A stretch of 62,179 nt of DNA, filler included, from Kipferlia bialata (lineage: Eukaryota): NCBI GenBank assembly GCA_003568945.1. It is 4 parts of 4 records of this genome, joined end to end, with 100 filler letters (N's around TTAATTAATTAA, not from the genome) between each part and the next. Parts side by side here need not be neighbours in the genome. Positions count along the whole stretch, not along the records: positions 43,255 to 62,179 come from BDIP01000452.1; 3 more parts are not named here. One strand, 5' to 3'. The position numbers and the translations under genes are program-made. Positions 52,201 through 62,179 of this stretch are shown here, in pieces. Within the stretch, counting starts at the first letter, position 1. Every line of letters starts with the position of its first letter. The notes beneath the pieces were generated by a model that saw only the letters and a list, made by a program, of their open reading frames with translations, did no database searches and was not told where the DNA came from.

Positions 52201-54923
52201 TAGCTCTGTGCCCAACTGTAGCCGGTTCTGTCTTGGGGACACCATGTTTGTGTATAGCACTGAGCCCATACCAGCTGGGACAGAGCTAGGGGTGCACTGC
52301 GGTTTTGACTGCGAGGTACTTTAGTATATAGGATATATACTAATGGTTTATAGTATAGATATAGCATTATTTCAGACCCAGGGTTCCAGGCATTGTGGAT
52401 AATACACATTATTTATAGTAATGTATACATTAGTAGTCATAAGTGTATGTATATATATTGGAGTGCTCACGGTCAGTCCCGGATGCTACTCACCCCCGCC
52501 CCCTCTGCTCCCTCTCCAGTTGAGGCACTGGTGTCAGACATACACGACGGGTATGAGACACTGGTGAAGCAGGTTGGAGTTACAAGTATATAGATATGAA
52601 GTACTTACTATGAATATGCTCTTATGCGGTATGTTGCTGACACACACGATGGGTATGAGACACTGGTGAAGCAGGTATATAGAGATAGACGGTATTTATA
52701 TGTTGGTATGTATAGGTAAGATATATATGTGTGGTTAATATATGAGTAGGAGACAGTGGCGAAGCAGTTAATAGGCCATATCCTCCAAATGACAGTAGTA
52801 TCAGTGGTATTTATGGTGAAGTAGTACCGATGCGTTTGACTGGTGATATGTATATGTATGTATATATATGAAGATTTGTATATGTGTGCATATTTCCCTC
52901 TAACCCCAGACCTACAGCTTGCAGCTAGGATTCGGTGGATGCTCTGAGGAAGAGTATGTTGCACAGGTATATAGCTATATATATAGTATATGTAGTATAT
53001 ACATATGTATGTNNNNNNNNNNNNNNNNNNNNNNNNNNNNNNNNNNNNNNNNNATACATATGTATGTGTTTATATATATACATATATTCATATGTCTGAG
53101 GAAGAGTATGTTGCACAGGTATATATCCACTCTTGGATGGGATTGGTCCGGAGTACACTCACACCAGTGCGGTGACATCCACGCAATGAACTGTATATTT
53201 TGCCTCATACCAGTTGATCCCTGTCTGACAAGCATCTATATAGAAAACACCAACATATATTTTGTATTCTTTCCAAGATGCTTCAGTACCTTTCCTGATG
53301 CCAGGTTGATTCGTTCTTGCCCCTTCTGAAGCAGCTGCCAGAGAAAACCATCCCCTTCTACATCGAGGTCATACTCACAGCGGCAAGGTATTATATATAT
53401 ATAATCATATATAGGTAGTACAGTATGGTATAGTATGGTATAGTATTGTATAGTATAGTATAAAGTATATAGTACATATATCAATATATGTGTAGTGTCC
53501 TTCCACATCGAGGTCATACTGACAGCGGCAAGTTAATAGTATATATATATGTTCATTATATATATATATGTTCATTATTATATATACTATATATAGAATA
53601 GTATAGACTATTGTCAATATACCTACAAATGTAATGTGATCCCCTTCCACATCGAGGTCATACTCACAGCGGCAATGTGAAGAGACAATAGAACACACAT
53701 GTATATATGTATATGCTGCATATTCTCACTCCAGGTTCAAGGAGAGCCTTGCCACACACTACCTGAGGGAGTCCTATGCACTGTTCTTCCACAGAGGCCT
53801 GAGGGCAGTGTTTAAGGTATATATATAGTGGTACTAGTATACACATTCACTCTTCATTTCATGTATGAAAGTATGTATATATGGCCTCTTCTTCCATAGA
53901 GACCTGAGGGCAGTGCTTAAGATATAGGGTATATAAGTGTTCAACTAGTTTCAACCAGAGGACGATGTGGCCTTCCACTTCGTTGATGGCATTATGTTTT
54001 AGGTCTACAGATATTGTATTGTTAAGTATACCAATATAGTATCAATTGTGTTATACTATATTTGTAAGATCTAGGTGTATATCCCTCTGTGTATATATCC
54101 TCGTCCTAGGATGATGAGGCATTTCGCTTCCAATGGAGAAACAGTATATACATATAGTATTAGTTTTCATAGAAATATATATGTATATGTGTGTAGATTC
54201 TCCTGTATATGCGCTGTCACCCTAGGACGACGAGGCCTTCCGCATCCACTTCATGGGCTGGGCCGGGGAGAAGATGACCAATGCATTGCCAGACATCAAG
54301 GACATGCTAAAGGTAATATATATGTATATAGATATATATATGTATTGAATATATTGCATCGATACCAGCTGCCAGAGATCAAGCTCATGCTCAAGGTGCA
54401 TACATATATATACACATATACTCGTACATAACTGGTATATTGTAATTACTATAACCCTTCTCAGGCAGGCTGCCTTCAACCGTGGCAACGATGCGTCTAT
54501 ATAGATATACCATGTATATATTTCTATGTTTGTACTCTCTCTGTACTCTCACTCTATATATACATGCTATCCCTCCTAATCCAGACTGCCTTCAACCGTG
54601 GCAAGGAGCGTGTCACCTACGACATGGCCTGGGTCAGACAAGAGATGGCTGAGGATAGAAGTGTGACCAAGGCAGTGAGCATAGAGGCAATGATGCGTAA
54701 AGCGAAGGTGAGTACTACTGTACAATATTTACTCTCATAGTATTTTGGCCCATGGATGCTCATGTCCTGATATCCCAGTCCATGCCAAGAGTGCACATAT
54801 ACACTAACATATACATAACTACAAAGTGTGTCTTATCTCCAGTCCAAGCCTGCCCCTGCCAAGACCCAGAAGGCCAAGAGAGGCCAGGGGAAGAGCAAGG
54901 CAAACAGGAGGAGGCGGAAGTAG
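49285..54923 (+). CDS. Gene H: SET-domain-containing (SMYD-like, degenerate) protein; 5' exons around 48.4-48.8 kb not resolved
   Basis: Exons 51739-51833 and 52204-52315 give GDGVYILPGLVKHSSVPNCSRFCLGDTMFVYSTEPIPAGTELGVHC, matching the SET C-terminal motif (NHSCxPN…IxxGEEL). A helical region follows, then a basic tail KAKRGQGKSKANRRRRK*. Confidence 0.72.
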
Positions 54924-56594
54924 AAGTGGGTTCTCCTCCCAACTGTGAGAAAGAAGATTACATCATAGGATTATATAGATCGTTACTCATGTGTGACTAG
55001 ACCTTCCCTATTTACATACACACTGTCGAAGAAACGCCATGATCCACAGGTAGTTTCAAGAGGGTGCATTTCAAGCAAAGGAGTCTCAATTCAAGTAATT
55101 TTGTGTGGTACAGTAATGAACCCAAAGGCTTCAAATGACATCAAGAAACAACAGCGGTATCGCACCTTCATACCCGAAGTATAGATACTCTCTAGCAGAT
55201 AGGGAAACACTATATATACTTATACAGTATACACCCTGTCCTACATCTCCCTGACAGTCCACGCACACCTCCACACCAAGAAAATGTAATACTTTATCAA
55301 GAGAGATAGAGTGCACACTCGAACTAGAAACCACTCTTATTACATAGTTTTCTGAGTATAGAGAATTAATGGTCAACTATGGAGGGAAGGTGGGTCTGAT
55401 AGTACTTCGCCACCTCTCCTACCCTCTGCTGACTGGTATCCACACTGGTATCCAGTGCTTGACCACTGAGTGAGGGTGCTTGTAGAAAGAGTTATGTTGG
55501 TGGAGTGTCAGACAAAGTAATCCAGTGACTGGACCAGTCTCTGTTACAGAGTCTGTACTTACTTGGACCGATTACAAAACCACTTACCTGTGAGAAACCT
55601 GTCTCTCTCTCATGGAACTTTGTACTCAGCAACTGGTCTTCTTCTTCCTGAAGAGAGTAAAGCTTCTCTCTATGTGCTAAGGAATACTATGGCTAGTCTA
55701 GTCTTAGCAAGATAAGACGTTGTGGTAGTACTGAGAACCTCTATACTGTAGAGAACACTTATTGAGTGAATACTTCTGAAGAGTCAGGGCTTGAGACTCT
55801 CATCTCCAGTGGAGTGTATCTCCACCGTTGACCCATGTCTTGAAGGCAAACAGTAGGCGTCGGAAGTAGATGTGTGTAGTTTCTCTTCACTAACAGGGGT
55901 CGCTTTGACGAGGTATGGAATATATTATTCTACTGGCATCCATTCATACATCGCAATTCATATACTACTAAAAGGGGCTAGGCTTGATAGCGCCAAAAAC
56001 ATCGTCGTCGCCTGTCTACCGTACGTGGCTACTAGAAGACATTTCTGCCGCCATATCGACCACCAGGTTCATTAGGACGCCGAAGTGAGGTAATATCGGA
56101 TACATGGACTTAGAACGGATTCGACTGGTTGGCAAGGATGTTGGTTGGCTGTGTCGGCATCACATATTGTTAATGTGTTACTGATTCGATATCTTGAGTC
56201 TGATGATCAGACTCTGATCTGGCAGATTGTGTTGCACAATGGTTCTTCAATTTCTAAATGTTGCTACCGCCATCCAACGTTGTTCTTGGTTACTGCTGTA
56301 GTAACTGTACAATACTCTCTCCCCTCTCTCCCCCCCGCCGCCACATCACTGGGCAGCTCTCCGTGCCTACATCTACTTGTGTGGTTTGATTGACTCTGTT
56401 CACTATGTATTTATCTCTCTCTTCTCTTACAGCCGTCTCCGCGCATATCTAATGTGTCATACGAGTCTGGCTCTTGTAGACTTCGTGTTTCCCTTGTTTG
56501 ACGTTCAGATATACACCTCAGCGGTGCCGTAGTCGTATGCCACCCCCTTGTCTTGTGTATAGGCCCCCCCCTTATCTATCCTATCTCACCTCAG

Positions 56595-57208
56595 ACATAC
56601 ACCTCAGCAGTGTCCTGGATATGCCACCCCCATATGTACCCACAGAGTGGTTATCCTCCACACCCCCTCTGACCCACGTGCCTGAAGAGGGTCTAGGCAC
56701 TGACCCCATACTCTCTGCAGTGCGTCTCTCAGACACTGAGATGCTCTTGATAAGGCCAGGTGTATACATATACAACATTTACATGTACTCTATATACTAT
56801 ATATTTAACCTATCTGTACATTTACTTATGTATACTTACATATACTTACACATACTTTACATGTGTCCTGGGTGTGTATACTCATATATATTTTATACAT
56901 ATATCCATATACTATCTATATATTGATACTATATATATACTCCTCAGGCCAGGATATAGCCAGAGAGTAGATATCCAGGACGGGGGTGGATACAGTGTGT
57001 GTGAGTCATACACCTGTACCATCAGTAAGACTGTCACCCCGTGCCCTGTCACTGGGGGTATGGGGGATGGCAGTGAGCACTCAAAGTGGCAAGATGAGTG
57101 GGGTATACCTACAGGTCACCGCCTCGGTGACAGGGTATACATCGCCCCTCAGCAGGTGGTGATGCTACACAATTGTATGAATGCATATGTATATGTATAT
57201 GTATATAC

Positions 57209-57248
<40 letters not shown>

Positions 57249-60200
57249 ACATGGCCCCTCAGCAGGTGAGGCTATTGGCATCGATATATACAGATTCTTG
57301 ATCATATATATATCTATAATAGATATACATCGCCCCTCAGCAGGTCAGGATGCATACATCCATATAGATATACATGTGTATAATATACACTGTATATAAA
57401 GTGTACAATATTGTTGTGTAAACACTTACACTTGTACAAAACATACTAGATAGAGGCATGATATCCAGCACGGGACTCTACAAATTGAAATTATACTCTA
57501 GTCTAGAGTCTAGAGTCTAGATATAGTGTATCTGACGGGATAATAGGATCACAATTCAATATGAGCGGGTGGATGAAAGACCTTCCTGTCATCTATGCTA
57601 TCACAACATCTCCTCCCTCGTACTTTAGTATGTATTATACATTATGCAAAGGTACTATTCTCTGACTCAGCCGTTTAGACGGTACCAATACGACATCAAA
57701 AACCCTATGGAGTCCCACACACCATTTTCGGACTTCATGCACTGGTATGACACAGAAGCACACTCTCCCCCCCTCTTGTGACACATATCTGGATATTTTC
57801 AATCTGGATACTGTCATATAACACCAGGTATGACCTGGGTACTGATACTTGGAACACCAGAGAGAGAAGAGAATGTGACACATGGCCAGGACTGACAGAG
57901 GAGGAGCAACATCAATACCCTGGCATGAGGTGCTGCGTAGTGAGTTCTACAGGCGACACCTTGGGTGAGTTCACCTCCCACAGGATCTATAACTATATTA
58001 GCTATTTGTTTTAGAGGCCCCCATTATTGAATTTCATGTGGTATAGTCTTACCCCCAGTTGTTCTGGTCAGAGCCTCCCGGCCAGTCTATGATAGGTAAG
58101 GACTCAAGTATACAGAATACTGAAATATAGAGTATGACTCTTTGCCTCAATTTCGATACCCTTGAAGGCCTCATGGCAGATATGACGAGACCAACATCAA
58201 CGCTGACTGCGTAACCTTTGCCTGGGAGTATAACCCTCTCAATGATGCCTGGGTGTCCCTAGGACCAAGCCCAGAGGAGACTGTGATGAGAGGAGTATAC
58301 CCAGCATATTACGTATCCGATGGCTACATGCATGTGTTCTGCGACCACCCACAGACTAGAGTGGCATCCTGTATCAGACTCTCACCTGCCAATGCAGAGA
58401 GATACACATCCGGTCACCTTCCAGCTGACAATTACGGTTATATACCCTGGCGTGACTCAAGGAGGATGGTCACAGTGGGGCATCTGCTCCTACAGTGGGG
58501 CAGTCGCCGGAACCTCTCCCTATGTCGTTTGGACGTACCCACTACTCCTCTCTGGCTTGTCGGAGGACAGGTGTCACAGAAACTTCCACTCGAGTCCTCA
58601 GCATGTCTCACCCCTATCAACCACTCCCTTGTCTTCTGTTATGGGGTCAGGGCACAGAGGTCAGACCCAGTCACCCCATACACTCCATGTTTCATACGGG
58701 TCAGCCCAGAGGTTCAGTCTATAGGGGCTAGACACCTGCTGGTGGGAGACGATGAGGGTGCCGCCAGAGACTGCATCCGCACCCTCACCACCCTGCCCCA
58801 CCACATGCATCTCTTGGCAGCTGTGGTAGCAGCAGGATGTGTCTGTGATGAGGGTATGCTAGACACTGTACACAGCAGGGTGGCCAGTATCACTGAGTAC
58901 TGTACTGAGGCAGAGTCACCACAAGACCCCCTTGAGGCAGCATGGGCCGCGGGTCTTGCACTGAGAGGTGTACACACCGCTCACTCTCTACCCTGGGGAT
59001 TCCACCAACTGGTCACCCTTGCATGTGATGTGTCTCCTTCTCTCAGAGAGGCGGCTGTCTCCATAGCTCATGAATCATTGACTAGGGCTATGACTGCCAC
59101 CGGGTCTATTCCCTTCAGTCTCAGTGTAAAGCAGCTGCTCAGCACCCTAGCGGAGATGTCGCCATTCTTAAGCGAGTGTAACCTCTGTGATATGTATGAC
59201 TCTGTGGTCCAGTGGATATGCTCCTACCTCACAAACGGGTCAGCCTCCCCTACTGGTACTCTAAAGAGATGTGGGAAGTTGTGCGACTGTGTGGACTATG
59301 CACGAGACTATACACGCTGTCTCTTGGACATGGACTGTGTCTATCCAGAACTTCACCCTGTTGAGTCCATAGTACACAAGGCAGTCTGTGCGGCAGAGGC
59401 GCAATGGTTCTACAGGGGTGCCGCTACTATGCGACAGAGGGGTTCTGTGAACTACAAGGGCTATTCTAAACTACTTGGTGGCCTCTGTGCCCAACTGTCT
59501 GAGATATGTAGTGGGCCAGAGGCAGATGAGGCAGTGATGGCCTATGACTACAGCCTACATACCGCTGAGTCAGCGGTGGTGTCCTGCCTGTGTAGCTCTG
59601 TCACTTCTGGAATGGAAGTGCCGTGTCTCTATCTAATGCCAACCATATCTCGTTCCCTTGAACTACCGGCACTGGGTGCAGAGCACTGTAAAGATGTAGT
59701 CCACCTGCTCAGGATGTCCCCTGTATCAACGGGATCACTCACAGTGCACATGGACTCTGGAACGGAGGATATGGGTATAGAACAGGCCCGAGAGTGGCAC
59801 TCCCACCTGAAATCTGCTGTCAAGGTGACCCCACGAGTAGCCCCACCTGAGAGGAGAACACGACGTACGCTATACGGGAGTCCAGATTCTTTGAAAGTAT
59901 GGGGCGGATTTGCAGATAGAAGGGATACACTCGTCTCACTGCAAAATGCGGAAGAGGCTGCAGGTTCTCTAGATGTGGTATCACCAGACCACCTGATACA
60001 CATTGGTCACCCCAAGGACACTCTTAGAGAAGACACAACAGTCTGGTCCAATTCACGGTTAGTGTTAAGATTCAGTCACGTCATTGAATTGTGTCAGTGG
60101 AGAGTATACTTCTTTTGCAATGTGCAATTTGCTCGATCTGATGTATAAGATAATTCTATGGTATCGTACTTACTAGTTATCGGTCACATCGGTACTCAGA

Positions 60201-61339
60201 TGCATTGTATCACTCACGTGTTGTGCCTCATATTCAGGAGAGTACTTCTCAGCATAGGGCACAACAAGGTGTTTTTCCTGGGTTGCACCGGTTCCCACAG
60301 CGTGGGTGGTGAGACTCTATGCTACGTAGTGGAGCCAGACGGAGACACCACTCTTTTGTGGCGGTGCCTACCAAGCCCGCCCTTCCACTTGGACTCCGGA
60401 ACACTATACAATGGTGTTGTATGTGGGGGTCTAGTATATGTGTTACATGGAAAGCAGGACCCAGGGGGAGACATGGTGGTAACCACACTGCACACGTTCG
60501 ACATTGCCACAGAGACATGGAGCAAGGAGGCAAGGTACATAGTTATTGGTCGATTCACTTATAATTAACGACCATGAGTGTAGTTGCCATGAGAGTGTGT
60601 TATTCTGGTCTGTATGTCGTTATTGTTTCCTCATGTCCAGACATGTCGCGGACGGTGTAGCACTATTGTCAGATACCATCGTCCGAGAGGGGCAACGGAT
60701 ATTGATACCGTGTACACATAAGACAAGTGCTTGTGGTAGGAATCCCGGGCTCTGGTGCTACAACCTCGAGACAGGTACTAAGTGACTGTATCTAGTTAGA
60801 TATGTGCCCTAAGTGCACTATCTCCCTCTAGGTACCATGATATCTCTGACACTCCAGGAGTCGAGACCATACTGCCTAGGAGCGTCATTCCCGAAGGAGA
60901 TGCATTTCTCTCTGCTTCTCTCTCCTTGAGTCCAGAATTCTATATTGGGATCCTCAGGGCACCTGGGACGGCTCTGAGTGCGTCAAGCGATGCACACGAA
61001 CCCACTCACCAGGACACGGACGTAGTATCCCTACCAGGTGGTGTCACTCTGCTGTGGGAGGTAGTGGGCGCCCGCCAGATCACCAACGCCGAAGAGGAGT
61101 TTGTTGGTATCAGGGTGCATGTGTGGGATGCAGTGGCCGGGGAGATGCATCTGATAGCAGAGAAGGCAACTCCAGTGGAAACAAGGGGGAATAGGATCTG
61201 CCAAGCGACTGTGCTCTCCTACGGCACAGACTCGTATGATGGCTGTACCCCTGTACTCAGACTGCTGCTGTGGAGAGGGGCAGATCCAGTGATGGTGACC
61301 ATCCCGCTTGGTGGGCCACTAGGGTACCTCTCCTGGTGA
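56595..61339 (+). CDS. Gene I: large protein with kelch-like beta-propeller segments flanking a helical region
   Basis: Kelch-type blade motifs: HRLGDRVYI, HWYDLGTDTW, VVCGGLVYVLHG…LHTFDIATETWS, LWCYNLETG. The long exon ~58263-60057 splices in frame (cg|gttagt…attcag|g) to 60238-60534, 60641-60775 and 60858-61339 (…GYLSW*). The start codon may be the ATG at 56621. Confidence 0.7.
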
Positions 61340-61821
61340 TGTATTAAGCATAACTAACGGTGTTGGCGGACCAGAGTACCGACCTGGACAGAAGTAGGGT
61401 GCCAACAACTGTTACCATATGTGGATGTGTCATAATTGATATAGTGTCATTGAACAGTGTTCAAACAGCGATGGTGGTGACAATACACCCACACAGAGTG
61501 TCAATGATTCAATCATTGTGATTGAGTAAATCTATTATCAAATTCTTCTGCTTATCAAATTCTAATTCCAACACATTTCTCCATATAGAATGGATACTTC
61601 CTACACCCTGTAACTATCCAACGGTATGTGTGACCTAGAAACGACAACTCCTGTCATGTCACACACACCTACATAACACGTGCACTCCCCCCCCTCTCTT
61701 TCTCTCTCTTCGTGACCCCACCTACCAACACTCTGGTAGAATGGGTACTTGGTACCCTCCTACTTGTAACAACTCTCTCTCTGCTTCTTTCTCTGCCTAT
61801 CTCTACATACTATGTATCACT

Positions 61822-62009
61822 CTACACCTCGTCTGAGTATGGTATGGCCTGGTACCGGTGACAGGCCTGGGGTCAGAGAGTATATACTCACCCGACATCA
61901 TTGCCATAATACATATATATGTATATATACATATATATACCAATACATACCTTAGCCTTTGTGGCCAGTGCCTGTGCCCTCTCCTTCCTGGCAAAGTACA
62001 CACGGGGGA
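61822..62009 (-). CDS. Gene J: last two exons of a gene that continues beyond the window
   Basis: Exons 62009-61951 (PRVYFARKERAQALATKAK) and 61866-61822 (ACHRYQAIPYSDEV*) with canonical splice sites. Confidence 0.6.
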
Positions 62010-62024
62010 CTGAAATAAGGGGCT

Positions 62025-62058
<34 letters not shown>

Positions 62059-62179
62059 GGAGAGAACACGTTCCTGGTAAAGTAGATACGGGAACGGAGT
62101 TCAGACAACACATTGATAGAGACAGACTAGGGCTCGCGAGTGACCCTTTATACGCAAAAATATCGACTCTCTTATGGAT

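Noticed and set aside
58253..60148. Stand-alone intronless 631-aa gene or mobile-element ORF
   Set aside because: It has splice sites at ~58262 and 60057 that join it in frame to flanking kelch-like exons. No transposase or reverse-transcriptase motifs are present.

Overview
This is intron-rich eukaryotic genomic DNA from a protist draft assembly, not prokaryotic sequence. The branch point sits almost against the 3' splice site (CT[A/C/G]AC-N2-5-YAG), introns are rich in AT and CT microsatellites, exons carry (GA)n tracts read as ERERE, and one gene is kelch-like. These traits resemble the fornicate Kipferlia bialata, but that identification is an inference. Four contigs are joined by artificial 100-nt spacers (N44-TTAATTAATTAA-N44), and there is one ~1 kb N gap. 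Splicing by hand gives about 9-10 multi-exon genes: (A) a giant + strand protein with MORN repeats and ~6 copies of an unrecognised module; (B) a multi-pass membrane protein; (C) a very large low-complexity hypothetical; (D) a Pro/Ser-rich 3' fragment; (E) an LRR + Cys-rich + multi-TM receptor; (F) a hypothetical; (G) a 78-aa tail-anchored protein; (H) a degenerate SET-domain protein; (I) a kelch-like propeller protein; (J) a 3' gene fragment. The most striking signal is in the introns. Many are built from repeated partial copies ('echoes') of the adjacent exon end, each with its splice site. The best-preserved echoes differ from the functional exon almost only at synonymous codon positions, and their ends often merge into microsatellites. 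Exon coordinates were derived by eye and have no transcript support.
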